From an uncultured Clostridia bacterium (GTDB lineage Bacteria > Bacillota > Clostridia > Oscillospirales > UMGS1783), in contig CALKPL010000037.1 in the NCBI GenBank assembly GCA_937991645.1, positions 9,168-73,167 of the forward strand: DNA of 64,000 nt. Reading direction: 5' to 3'. The translations under genes were made by a program, and so were the position numbers. The notes under the pieces are model-generated. The model was given only the letters and a program-made list of their open reading frames with translations. It had not been told where the DNA came from and searched no databases. Shown here one piece after another: positions 27,991-37,140 of this stretch. Positions within the stretch are counted from its first letter, which is position 1; each line of letters starts with the position of its first letter.

Positions 27991-28980
27991 GTGATCGCGC
28001 TGGATGAGAGCAATACCCGCTGGCTTGGCAGAACGTTTGTCAGGGAAGATGGAAAAACGCAGATTTCGTGGACGGATTCCGGCTTTGAACTTCGTTTTGA
28101 CGGAACGGGTCTGGAGGCGGAGCTCGGCTCGGTCTGTGCCGGCGAACCTCCGCGCGTTCAGGTCTATGTGGACGGCTTGCCGCAGGGCGGGCGAATCCCT
28201 GTGCCGGCGTCCTCCTGGGTCCCGCTCGCGGCCGGCCTTGCGCCGGGGGAACATACGGTCAGAGTCGTCAAGCTGACAGAGGCGCTTCAGTCCAGTCTGC
28301 TTGTCGGCCGCGTCCGGTTCCCCGGCGGCGGTGCGCTGCTTTGCCCGCCCCCGGCAAAGGCGCGCAAAATCGAGTTTATCGGCGATTCCATCACCTGCGG
28401 GCATACCATCGAGCGCGGCCCGCAGGACCCGGACGAGTGGGATATCGACACCCAAAACGGGATGCTGACGTACGCCGCCGTCTGCGCGCAAAATCTGGAC
28501 GCGGATTTCAATTGTTTTTCCCTGTCCGGCTGGACGGTGTACCGCCGCGTCGATATCGAAAACGGCGGCGACTGCGCGGTCCCGCCGGTTTACGGCCAGA
28601 TCGCGCCGCTCAACGGGAACGCGGCGCCGTGGGACTTTTCGCGGTTCCAGCCCGGCGTGGTCGTCGTCGCCCTGGGCACCAACGATTCATCCTACATCGC
28701 CCTGGGCCAGGCGGAGGCGGATACGTTCTCCCGCAAATACAGGGAATTTCTGCAGCAGCTGCGCGGCTGTTATCCGGCCGCCGCAATCGTCTGCACCGTC
28801 GGTATGATGAACCCCACTTCGTTTGCGCATATCGAGCGAGCGGTCAGAGCGTTTGGCGATGAGAACGTCTATACGCATAAGGAGCGCTTTTGCCGCGGCA
28901 CGCATCCCATCGCGGCCGACCACAAGCAGGCCGGGGATGCGCTGAGCGCCTTGATCGCGCGGATCAAGGGCTGGAATTGA
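27991..28980 (+). CDS. SGNH/GDSL hydrolase with an N-terminal beta-sandwich (CE2-like carbohydrate esterase)
   Basis: 329 aa with GDS block IEFIGDSITCGH and later LGTNDS. GTG start after AGAGGAGGA. Confidence 0.7.
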   Translation: MIALDESNTRWLGRTFVREDGKTQISWTDSGFELRFDGTGLEAELGSVCAGEPPRVQVYVDGLPQGGRIPVPASSWVPLAAGLAPGEHTVRVVKLTEALQSSLLVGRVRFPGGGALLCPPPAKARKIEFIGDSITCGHTIERGPQDPDEWDIDTQNGMLTYAAVCAQNLDADFNCFSLSGWTVYRRVDIENGGDCAVPPVYGQIAPLNGNAAPWDFSRFQPGVVVVALGTNDSSYIALGQAEADTFSRKYREFLQQLRGCYPAAAIVCTVGMMNPTSFAHIERAVRAFGDENVYTHKERFCRGTHPIAADHKQAGDALSALIARIKGWN

Positions 28981-29009
28981 CAAACACGTTACAGGCAAGA
29001 GGGACCCGT

Positions 29010-29717
29010 ATGCCGTTTCAGGGCTTTTCGGAGGAGACGAACCGCTATTTTTTCGGCGCGGAGCTGGAAAACACCCGCGCCTATTTCGAGCGCAACCGGG
29101 AAGTCTACCAAACCTATGTAAAAAAGCCGCTTCTGGCCCTGCACGAAGAGCTGGTCGCCGTCGCAAAGGAGATAGACGAGGACATTGTCGTCGCGCCGAA
29201 CCGGTGCATGTCTAAGGCTTTTAACGACTTCCGCTATACCGGCAAGGTTACGCCGGTGAAAACGTATATGTATCTGCACTTTTTCTCTCCCGCAGAGAAC
29301 AAGGCCTATGACACGCCCGGCGTCTTCTTTGACGCGGGCAGCACCGGCTACCGGATCGGCTTCGGCAGTTACGACATGACCCCGCCCGCCATGGAGGCGG
29401 TGCGCCGGGCCATTTTAAGCCGCCGGCGGGCGTTTCTGAACCTGGAGGAACAGCGCGTGGCGGACGGATTCGAGCTGCGCGGCGCCGATTATAAGCGCGA
29501 TCATTTCCCGGACGAGCCGGAACCGTTGAAAACATGGCTTAACAAGCGCAGCTTTTATCTTGTCCGCGAGTGCGCGCACGACGAAGCGTATTACAGCCAT
29601 GCCCTGGTCGACGTGCTGCGCGACGCGTTTCTGCGCTGCAAGCCCATATACTGGTTCATGAAACGGGCTATGCAAGAGCAGGCTGCCGAAAGGCCGCGCG
29701 GGTACACGCCGGTATGA
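29010..29717 (+). CDS. DUF2461 family protein
   Basis: MPFQGFSEETNRYFFGAELENTRAYFERNREVYQTYVKKPL... is typical of the DUF2461/TIGR02453 family. ATG 29010 lies inside ORF 28890..29717. Confidence 0.7.
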   Translation: MPFQGFSEETNRYFFGAELENTRAYFERNREVYQTYVKKPLLALHEELVAVAKEIDEDIVVAPNRCMSKAFNDFRYTGKVTPVKTYMYLHFFSPAENKAYDTPGVFFDAGSTGYRIGFGSYDMTPPAMEAVRRAILSRRRAFLNLEEQRVADGFELRGADYKRDHFPDEPEPLKTWLNKRSFYLVRECAHDEAYYSHALVDVLRDAFLRCKPIYWFMKRAMQEQAAERPRGYTPV

Positions 29718-30296
29718 CGGTCCGCAAGGGTTTTGACAGCGTGCCTGTATAATGTGCGGTACCGACCTGGCCCCGCGTATCGGCCGCAGCCCTGCTGTTA
29801 GCGCCGGCTTTCCCTCCCGCGGCGGCAGGCGCGGCCTTTCCGCCTCAGCGGTACGGCCGGCATGAACGCGGTGAAGCCGGCCGCAGGAAACGTCGTCGTG
29901 TGAAACATCCGTCCCTTTGCCGCGGGAAACGCCGTCCACTACGGCGTTTGGGAAACCGTAGCGGCTGCGCCGGGTCGACTGCGGGACGCGCCTTCGCCTG
30001 TTTTCTGTCCAACTCGTCTTGCCGTTTCGCCCAGTTCGGTTTCACGGCGGGCGGCCGCGCGGTCTGTACGATGCGGCGGAATGCTTGATGGCGGCAAGCG
30101 CGGCGCGGCCGCGCAGCAAACTGCGGTCCGTATTCAGCGGCGCGCGTTGAACCGGGCAGGATTGGCATCCTGTTTTCGCTCTGAAAAACTTGCCGCCGCG
30201 CCGTGTCCGGTAAAGGTAACCAGCCTTTCCTTCAAAAACTGTATAAGCGCCATGCCGCGCGGTGTGCGCGCGGCAAAAGGCCGAAATGTATAACAA

Positions 30297-30336
30297 ATCG
30301 CCTGGAAACGCAAAGCGTCCCAGGCGATTGTTTTTG
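30297..30336 (+). terminator. orphan terminator-like hairpin inside a 1-kb gene-free stretch
   Basis: ATCGCCTGG-14 nt-CCAGGCGAT followed by TGTTTTT. A second perfect 9-bp hairpin TGCCGCGCG/CGCGCGGCA lies at 30253-30275. No upstream ORF is convincing. Confidence 0.45.
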
Positions 30337-30750
30337 AGGGGAGGGGGGAGAGTTGTGGAAACCGCCGGCTCTGCCGGGCGGAGGTGTCCCGCGAAAAAGC
30401 TTTTGCTTCAAATACCGGGCATACCGGGCGAATCGGGCCGCGAACAAGAAGCGTGCAATGATGGCGTGCTTCCGTTTGCACGGCAATCTCCCGTTTGCGG
30501 ACGGCAGGGCGGGGATACAAATGCCAGTACGTTGGGACGCCCGCCAGAACAGGCCTCTTACAGAGCCAACGCAGGCCGCCGGCTGAGCCGGCGGCGCTGG
30601 CAACGGCGCTTGCATATTTTCTCGACAAGGCGGGCCGCCATGGCCGGCAATACGGTCCGCCGCATTGGGCGCTTTCGTATTCGTCCGGTGACTTTGTCAC
30701 GGAACTCCGACATCTCCTTCTGTATACTGATTACAACGAAAGGGGATTTT

Positions 30751-30945
30751 ATGCTGCGAAGAAAAGCGATCATCAATACGAAAGAGTGCGTTGCATGCGG
30801 CTGCTGTATCGGGGTTTGTCCGAGAAATGCCATAACGGTCCCTTATGGGATCTTCGCCGAGGTGAACTTCGATTTGTGCGTCGGCTGCGGCAAGTGCGTC
30901 AGGGAATGCCCGGCAGGCGTGATCACATTGGAGGCAGCGCAATGA
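30751..30945 (+). CDS. 2x[4Fe-4S] ferredoxin
   Basis: 64 aa with CVACGCCIGVCP and CVGCGKCVRECP. RBS AAAGGGGA. 3' part of ORF 30262..30945. Confidence 0.85.
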   Translation: MLRRKAIINTKECVACGCCIGVCPRNAITVPYGIFAEVNFDLCVGCGKCVRECPAGVITLEAAQ

Positions 30946-31580
30946 AACGGAAAAGGCCATGGTACGATTACCTCTGGGCGTTGTCGCTGGCGTATCTCAT
31001 TCTCGGATTTTTCAATATTCTGTTCGCGTGGCTGGGGCTGCTTTGTTTTTTTATCCCGCTGGGTGTAGCGGCTGTAAAAGGGAATAAAGCCTACTGCAAC
31101 AGGTATTGCGGCAGAGGCCGTCTGTTCGCGCTTGCAGGGGGCAGTCTGGGGCTTTCCCGCAAAAGAGATATTCCCAAATGGATGCGTTCCAGGTATTTCC
31201 GGTACGGGTTCTTAATTTTCTTTCTTATCATGTTTGCCCTTATGCTCTGGAATACATATCTGGTGTTCGCAGGCGCAAAGGATCTGAGCCGGACGGTAAC
31301 GCTGCTATGGACTTTTCAGGTCCCATGGCATTGGGCCTATCACGGCGCCATGTTTTCCGAAGGCGTCGCGCAGTTTACCTTCGGCTTTTACAGCATAATG
31401 CTTACGTCAACGATTCTCGGCTTTATAACCATGATTCTGTATAAGCCCCGCTCATGGTGCGTGTACTGTCCCATGGGGACGATGACGCAGCTGATATGCA
31501 AGGCGAAAAACGTGACCTTGTCACAGAAACGCGCGCAGTCTTCGTCTATACTGAAAACACAAACAGAAGAAAGGGAGTAA
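30942..31580 (+). CDS. polytopic membrane protein with Cys motifs (4Fe-4S-binding-like)
   Basis: MKRKRPWYDYLWALSLAYLILGFFNILFAWLGLLCFFIP, with motifs CNRYCGRG and WCVYCPMG. ATGA overlap with the ferredoxin stop. Confidence 0.5.
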   Translation: MKRKRPWYDYLWALSLAYLILGFFNILFAWLGLLCFFIPLGVAAVKGNKAYCNRYCGRGRLFALAGGSLGLSRKRDIPKWMRSRYFRYGFLIFFLIMFALMLWNTYLVFAGAKDLSRTVTLLWTFQVPWHWAYHGAMFSEGVAQFTFGFYSIMLTSTILGFITMILYKPRSWCVYCPMGTMTQLICKAKNVTLSQKRAQSSSILKTQTEERE

Positions 31581-31585
31581 TCAAT

Positions 31586-31894
31586 ATGTCAGTTCTTCGT
31601 GTAAGTAAAAACAATTTTGCACAGGTGCAAAACAGTGAAAAGCCCGTTTTGCTCGACTTTTACGCCGACTGGTGCGGACCCTGCCGTATGGTTTCGCCCC
31701 TGGTCGATCAAATCGCAAAGGAGAATCCGCAGTACCTCGTCGGAAAAGTCAACGTGGACAGCGAGCCGGAACTGGCGCAGGCGTTCGGCGTGGCGAGCAT
31801 TCCCATGCTGGTTGTCATGAAGGGCGGGAAAACGGTCAGCCGCTCGGTAGGCGCCCGGCCGAAGCCGCAGATTCTGGCCATGTTAGAGGGTTAA
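31586..31894 (+). CDS. trxA: thioredoxin
   Basis: 102 aa with active site WCGPC (LLDFYADWCGPCRMVSP). Confidence 0.9.
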   Translation: MSVLRVSKNNFAQVQNSEKPVLLDFYADWCGPCRMVSPLVDQIAKENPQYLVGKVNVDSEPELAQAFGVASIPMLVVMKGGKTVSRSVGARPKPQILAMLEG

Positions 31895-32557
31895 TGCGCG
31901 CAACCGTTTTTTGTCTAGAACCTTCACGCCTTTGCGGGAAACTTCAACAATGCCTTCGTTTGCAAAATACTTCAGCATGCGGGAAACGACTTCACGGGCG
32001 GAGCCGATATATCTTGCGATCTGCTCGTGTGTCAGTGCGATCGTATCCGAACCGGTTCGCGCTGTCTCATCGGCCAGAAAAACGGCGAGGCGCTTGTCCA
32101 TACTCATAAACAGGATTTGCTGCATAACCCACATAACGTCTGAAAAGCGCCCGACAGCCGTTTCCAGCGAGAATATACGGATGCACGGATTGCGGTCGGA
32201 AACCGCCGCAAAGGCCGGTCCGCTGATGACAAAACATTCGCTGTCCTCCTCCGCGTCTATAAACACATCGAAAGTAATCGCCTGAAGTACGCAGGAGGCG
32301 GAGAGCATGCACATGTCCCCCTTGTGCAGGCGATAGAGTGTAATGTCCTTTCCCTCTTCCGACATCATATAAAGTCTGAGACTGCCAGAACGGACGAGGA
32401 TTACGCCGGAACATTCGTTTCCGTCGTGGATATTGGTTCCTTTTGGATAGTGCAGAGCCTGAGAATTCTGGCAGATATAGTCCCGGTCCGCGTCCGTGAT
32501 CCTGTCCCAAAACGGAAATATCTCCCTATATACAGGTTCAAACAATTCCCGTGCCAT
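31883..32557 (-). CDS. Crp/Fnr family transcriptional regulator
   Basis: 224 aa. cNMP-binding-type N-domain and C-terminal HTH: HEQIARYIGSAREVVSRMLKYFANEGIV. Confidence 0.85.
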   Translation of the reverse strand: MARELFEPVYREIFPFWDRITDADRDYICQNSQALHYPKGTNIHDGNECSGVILVRSGSLRLYMMSEEGKDITLYRLHKGDMCMLSASCVLQAITFDVFIDAEEDSECFVISGPAFAAVSDRNPCIRIFSLETAVGRFSDVMWVMQQILFMSMDKRLAVFLADETARTGSDTIALTHEQIARYIGSAREVVSRMLKYFANEGIVEVSRKGVKVLDKKRLRALTL

Positions 32558-32595
32558 TCGTTTACATGTCTCCTTTCCGAAAAAGAGGTGTATTT

Positions 32596-34266
32596 ATGAA
32601 AACAGTCATTATAGGCGGCGTAGCCGGCGGCGCGTCCGCGGCTGCCAGGCTCCGCAGGCTGGATGAAAAAGCTGAGATCATTCTGCTGGAGCGGGGCGAA
32701 TACGTCAGCTTTGCCAACTGCGGTCTTCCATATTATATCGGCGGCGTTATTCAGGAGAGAGGCAACCTGACCCTGCAAACGCCCGAAAGCTTTAAATCGA
32801 GGTTCCATATAGACGTCCGCACCCTGCATGAGGCAGTATCGATCGACCCGGAAAAGAAGTCGGTCGCCGTCAAGGACCTGCGGCGCGGAACCGTATATGA
32901 AGAATCCTATGACAACCTCATCCTTTCGCCCGGCGCGGAACCGATACGCCCGATGATCGAAGGCGCCGGCGGCCCCGCCGTATTCACGCTCCGCAATATT
33001 CCCGATACGCTGAAAATCAAGTCGTATATAGCGTCTGAAAAGCCGAAATCGGCCGTTGTCGTCGGCGGCGGCTATATCGGTGTGGAAATGGCTGAAAACT
33101 TGAAAGGAGCGGGGCTCGACGTCGCCATTGTAGAGCTTGCCGACCATCTGATCGCCCCGCTGGACTTTGATATGGCGGCCGACGTCCACCGCTATCTGCG
33201 GGAAAAAGGCGTCAGATTATACCTGAACAACAGTGTAAAGGCAATGGACGGCGGCACGGTTGTCCTACAGGACGGAAAGGTATACGCCGATATGGTCGTT
33301 CTGGCGGTCGGCGTCCGGCCGGAAACGGCGCTCGCCGTACAGTGCGGCATTCCATGCAACAGTCGCGGCGCAATCGTCGTAAACCGGCGTATGCAGACCG
33401 GCGTACCCGGCATTTACGCTGTGGGCGACGCGGCCGAAGTGCGCGACTTTATTACAAATGCCCCCGCGTTTATCCCGCTTGCCGGACCGGCGAACAAACA
33501 GGGCCGCATAGCGGCGGACAATATCGCAGGTATTGCTTCAGAGTATACCGGAACGCAGGGCTCCGCCGTACTGAAAATCTTTGATATGACGGTCGCCACG
33601 ACTGGCCTGAATGAAAAAAACGCCGCCGCTGCGGGAATCGATTACGATAAGGCGTACACCTATTCCGCATCCCACGCAAGCTATTATCCCGGCGGTTCGA
33701 ACATGTCGATCAAAGCGCTGTGGGATAAAAAAACGAAAAGACTGATCGGCGCGCAGATCGTGGGTTTTGACGGTGTGGACAAGCGAATGGACGTCCTCGC
33801 CGCCGCCATTCGCTTCGGCGCGAAAATCACAGACCTGACCGAGCTTGAGCTCTGCTACGCTCCGCCCTTTGGCAGCGCGAAAGACCCGGTAAATATGCTC
33901 GGCTACGTAGGCGAAAACATAGTCACCGGCAAAGTCCGGCAGTTTTTCTGGCACGATGTGGAGTTTTTGCCGCGCGACGGGAGCGTGACCCTGCTCGACG
34001 TCCGCACCCTGACCGAGACCGCCCGCGGCGGCATCGACGGGTTTGTCAATATACCGCTGGACTCTTTGCGGGAGCGGCTCCATGAGCTGCCAAAGGATAA
34101 ACCGGTCTATGTGCACTGCCACAGCGGGCTTCGCAGCTATATCGCCTGCCGCATCCTTGCCGGCCACGGCTATACGTGCTATAACCTTGCCGGCGGCTGG
34201 CGGCTGTACGAATCCGTCGTCCATGAACGCGCCGTCCCCGAATACGTCTGTACGGAGTGCGTATAA
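32596..34266 (+). CDS. CoA-disulfide reductase-type FAD oxidoreductase fused to a C-terminal rhodanese domain
   Basis: MKTVIIGGVAGGASAAARLRRL, redox Cys in SFANCGLPYY, second Rossmann motif VVVGGGYIGVE, and rhodanese loop VHCHSGLRS. Confidence 0.85.
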   Translation: MKTVIIGGVAGGASAAARLRRLDEKAEIILLERGEYVSFANCGLPYYIGGVIQERGNLTLQTPESFKSRFHIDVRTLHEAVSIDPEKKSVAVKDLRRGTVYEESYDNLILSPGAEPIRPMIEGAGGPAVFTLRNIPDTLKIKSYIASEKPKSAVVVGGGYIGVEMAENLKGAGLDVAIVELADHLIAPLDFDMAADVHRYLREKGVRLYLNNSVKAMDGGTVVLQDGKVYADMVVLAVGVRPETALAVQCGIPCNSRGAIVVNRRMQTGVPGIYAVGDAAEVRDFITNAPAFIPLAGPANKQGRIAADNIAGIASEYTGTQGSAVLKIFDMTVATTGLNEKNAAAAGIDYDKAYTYSASHASYYPGGSNMSIKALWDKKTKRLIGAQIVGFDGVDKRMDVLAAAIRFGAKITDLTELELCYAPPFGSAKDPVNMLGYVGENIVTGKVRQFFWHDVEFLPRDGSVTLLDVRTLTETARGGIDGFVNIPLDSLRERLHELPKDKPVYVHCHSGLRSYIACRILAGHGYTCYNLAGGWRLYESVVHERAVPEYVCTECV

Positions 34267-34270
34267 ATGC

Positions 34271-34316
34271 AAAACCACACCTGTGTCTTTAGCGGTACAG
34301 GTGCGGTTTGTTTTTC
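34271..34316. terminator. bidirectional terminator between convergent genes
   Basis: AAACCACACCTGT / ACAGGTGCGGTTT stem with one mismatch. Flanked by an A-run upstream and GTTTTT downstream. Confidence 0.7.
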
Positions 34317-34728
34317 AATGGCAGCCGTGCCCGCCGCAGCCATGGCTTGCGCAGCCGTGTTCGCCGCAGGAACGGCCTTCGCCGTGGTGATGTTCATGAT
34401 GGTCGCATTCCACGTTGGGGTCATAGTCGAGCATTCCGCCGGCAAAGCGCTCTGCCGCCTTGTCCGCGTCTCCCTGAACGCCGCCGTAAAGCCGGATGCC
34501 CGCCTGCGCCAGCGCCGTTTTTGCGCCGCCGCCGATGCCGCCGCAGATAAGCGCGTCGACATTCAGCGCCGCAAGAAGTCCCGCAAGCGCGCCGTGTCCG
34601 CTGCCGTTGGTGTCTATTATCTCAGCGCCGGCGATTTTTCCGTCCTCAATACTGTAGATCTTGAACCGCTCGGTATGTCCGAAGTGCTGGAAGATTTGTC
34701 CGTTTTCATAGGGTACTGCGATTTTCAT
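34315..34728 (-). CDS. NifB/NifX-type (dinitrogenase Fe-Mo cofactor biosynthesis domain) protein with a His/Cys-rich tail
   Basis: MKIAVPYENGQIFQHFGHTERFKIY...ICGGIGGGA. C-terminal tail CDHHEHHHGEGRSCGEHGCASHGCGGHGCH. Confidence 0.8.
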   Translation of the reverse strand: MKIAVPYENGQIFQHFGHTERFKIYSIEDGKIAGAEIIDTNGSGHGALAGLLAALNVDALICGGIGGGAKTALAQAGIRLYGGVQGDADKAAERFAGGMLDYDPNVECDHHEHHHGEGRSCGEHGCASHGCGGHGCH

Positions 34729-34743
34729 AGCTGTGTTCTCCTT

Positions 34744-35520
34744 TTAAATATGGATAGTCTGTCCTGTAGACAGATAAAATAAACGATGCATGGACTCTTT
34801 CATAAACGCAAACTGCGCCGCGCCTGTGCAGTGGCAGGTGTAGAAGTCCGTATGAAACCGATCCAGGTATGCGGCGTATGCGCGAAGCGTTTCATCCAGC
34901 GGAAGCGTTGAAAAATGGAACCCGCCGACCAAAACGTCCGGCTTCAGCCACTGTACAATATCCAATATGCCCTTGTGCGAGCAGCCGCTGAACAGCGTTT
35001 TTTTTCCGTTTTCTTCAATCAGCAGATACTGCTCATGGCGAAAATCATCCGGCGCGCGTACTCCGTTCCGCTCCGTCTCCATGCCGAAGCTGCCCAGATC
35101 GTGGTTTCGCGCGCGTCCGTTGCAGGCGCAGAGCGTCAGCCCCTCTCCGATTACGGCATGGTCGTCCGTAAATCTGAATCTTTCATTGTCCCTGAGCGAA
35201 GCATCCAGTCCGTTGTACCTTCCCGTTGCGTTGTAATGGGGTTCAAACGCGTGCCGGCTCATATAGACGGGCGCGCTTTGGTTGATCTCCAGAAACCGTT
35301 TCAGCCCGCCGCCGTGGTCGTAGTGGCCGTGCGAGAGAACGGCAATGTCCACATCCCGGAGATCGACGCCGAGTTTCGCGGCGTTTTCCGCAAACAACCC
35401 GGTCTGGCCCATATCGAACAGGAGGATATGCGCGCCGGTCTCAATATACAGCGACAAACCGTGCTCCGCGCCGAAACGGCGGTCTGCCGCAGTGTTTTCC
35501 ACCAAAGCCGTTATTCGCAT
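34744..35520 (-). CDS. MBL-fold metallo-hydrolase
   Basis: 258 aa with the HxHxDH motif (LSHGHYDHGGG). Confidence 0.8.
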   Translation of the reverse strand: MRITALVENTAADRRFGAEHGLSLYIETGAHILLFDMGQTGLFAENAAKLGVDLRDVDIAVLSHGHYDHGGGLKRFLEINQSAPVYMSRHAFEPHYNATGRYNGLDASLRDNERFRFTDDHAVIGEGLTLCACNGRARNHDLGSFGMETERNGVRAPDDFRHEQYLLIEENGKKTLFSGCSHKGILDIVQWLKPDVLVGGFHFSTLPLDETLRAYAAYLDRFHTDFYTCHCTGAAQFAFMKESMHRLFYLSTGQTIHI

Positions 35521-35867
35521 ATTTCACCGCCGCATCCTGACCGGCGCCGGCAGCCGCAGCCGACGCAGCGCTTTTCCGCACCGTCGCACAGCGTGTAGTC
35601 GCCGCCTTCAATGCGTATGCCCGCGCCGCTGACCAGCGCCTTTGCAATTTTGCTCCTGGCGGCGTTGTAAATCTGCTGTACTGTCGTACGGGCCACCTGC
35701 ATATACCCCGCGCACTCCTCCTGTGAAAGCCCTTCGTTGTCGATCAGTCGGATCGTCTCATATTCGTCGATGGTCAGAATAACGCGTTCACAGGCGCCGT
35801 CCGCCGGCTGAAATTCATTGATTTTTGGCAGCCGGCAGACTTTTCTGCATTTTTTCGGTCTCGGCAT
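35511..35867 (-). CDS. DUF134 family putative DNA-binding protein
   Basis: MPRPKKCRKVCRLP...DEYETIRLIDNEGLSQEECAGYMQVARTTVQQIYNAARSKIA. ATG 35867 follows AGGAAAGGGGA. The longer ORF start at 35903 would overlap the promoter. Confidence 0.75.
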   Translation of the reverse strand: MPRPKKCRKVCRLPKINEFQPADGACERVILTIDEYETIRLIDNEGLSQEECAGYMQVARTTVQQIYNAARSKIAKALVSGAGIRIEGGDYTLCDGAEKRCVGCGCRRRSGCGGEICE

Positions 35868-35886
35868 AGATTTCCCCTTTCCTGCA

Positions 35887-35951
35887 TTATTGACATATGC
35901 CATTTATATGGCTATTATACCCCCGTTATTGACATATGTCAATAACGGGGG
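35887..35951. promoter_or_regulatory. interlocked divergent near-consensus promoters carrying TTATTGACATATG repeats and a 32-nt perfect palindrome
   Basis: Minus strand: TTGACA (35942-35937), 17-nt spacer, TATAAT (35919-35914), driving the DUF134 operon. Plus strand: TTGACA (35890-35895), 17-nt spacer, TATTAT (35913-35918), towards the rhodanese gene. Perfect palindrome CCCCCGTTATTGACATATGTCAATAACGGGGG at 35920-35951. Confidence 0.6.
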
Positions 35952-36140
35952 TCTTTTTTGTCGCATTTTTTTCGCGCCGCAAATAAATTCGTCGGCATAC
36001 GTGTATGCGGCCTGGATTTATGTTATAATCATTCCACACGGAATACGGCGGTTTTCGCCGCCTTATGTGACTAAGTTACGGTTGTCCGCCGAAAGAGAGG
36101 ATATAATAAAAGCAAATTTAGCCAAAGGAAGTGCAGGAAT

Positions 36141-36455
36141 ATGTTGTCTGGCCTGTTTTCCCGCAGGAATATCAATCAAGGCGTCGCCGCCTGGGCGGCG
36201 ACGGCAGGCGCCGTACTGCTCGACGTCCGAACGGAAGAGGAGTATGCGGCCGGCCATATAGACGGCAGTCTGAATATACCGCTTCATTCCATGGATGCCA
36301 TTGAGAATTGGGTGTCGGATAAAAACGCAGCTATTTTTGTCTACTGCCAAAGCGGCGCGAGAAGCGCGGGCGCCGCGGGCCTATTAAAATCGAAAGGGTA
36401 TCGGCGCGTAACCGATATAGGCGGGATCCGCGGCTATCGGGGGCGGACGGTGTGA
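36141..36455 (+). CDS. single-domain rhodanese sulfurtransferase
   Basis: 104 aa: LLDVRTEEEYAAGHIDGSLNIP, active-site loop VYCQSGARS. Confidence 0.85.
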   Translation: MLSGLFSRRNINQGVAAWAATAGAVLLDVRTEEEYAAGHIDGSLNIPLHSMDAIENWVSDKNAAIFVYCQSGARSAGAAGLLKSKGYRRVTDIGGIRGYRGRTV

Positions 36456-36465
36456 GGGTAGGTAT

Positions 36466-37128
36466 ATGCAGTATTTCATCGCTTTTTTAGAGGGAATCAT
36501 CACGTTTATTTCGCCGTGCCTTTTGCCCATGCTGCCCGTTTATATCTCCTATTTTGCCGGCGGCGGCGAACGTACGGTCGGCAAAACGTTGAAGAACGCG
36601 TTCGGCTTTGCGGCGGGCTTTACCGTTGTTTTTGTCGCAATGGGCGCGCTGGCCGGAACGCTCGGCGGGTTCTTTACAGAGCATCAGACCGCCGTCAATA
36701 TCGTCACAGGGCTTGTCGTCGTCTTTTTTGGGCTGCACTATCTCGGCGTGTTCCGGCTCGGCGTGTTGAATGGGACGAACCGGCCTGTGCAAACGCAGAA
36801 TCTCGGCTTCTTTTCCTCACTGCTGTTCGGGGTTGTGTTTTCCGTCGGCTGGACCCCCTGCGTCGGCGCGTTTCTCGGCTCGGCGCTCATGCTGGCCTCC
36901 CAGCAGGGGCAGGCGCTCGCCGGGGTGTTTATGCTGCTGGCATACTCTCTGGGCTTAAGCATACCGTTTATCATTAGCGCCGTGCTGATCGGCAAACTGA
37001 AAACCGCCTTTCAGTTTATAAAAAGAAATTATAAAGTCATCAACATTATCAGCGGTTCTCTGCTTGTACTGCTGGGCGTTTTGATGATGACGGGATTACT
37101 CGGCAGGTTCCTTGCCGCAATTTCCTGA
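36466..37128 (+). CDS. ccdA: cytochrome c biogenesis / thiol-disulfide electron transporter CcdA
   Basis: 220 aa. FISPCLLPMLPVYISYF and GWTPCVG, the two conserved Cys-containing TM helices. Confidence 0.9.
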   Translation: MQYFIAFLEGIITFISPCLLPMLPVYISYFAGGGERTVGKTLKNAFGFAAGFTVVFVAMGALAGTLGGFFTEHQTAVNIVTGLVVVFFGLHYLGVFRLGVLNGTNRPVQTQNLGFFSSLLFGVVFSVGWTPCVGAFLGSALMLASQQGQALAGVFMLLAYSLGLSIPFIISAVLIGKLKTAFQFIKRNYKVINIISGSLLVLLGVLMMTGLLGRFLAAIS

Positions 37129-37140
37129 GGTGAATGGACT

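Noticed and set aside
30262-30750. N-terminal extensions of ORFs 30262..30945 and 30495..31580
   Set aside because: Only the 3' parts have ferredoxin or membrane-protein character and RBS-preceded ATGs. The upstream translations are Arg/Gly/Pro-rich noise.
35868-35903. Longer start (35903) for the DUF134 gene
   Set aside because: It would place the coding sequence over the promoter and operator. ATG 35867 has a strong RBS and gives the family-typical MPRPKKCR N-terminus.
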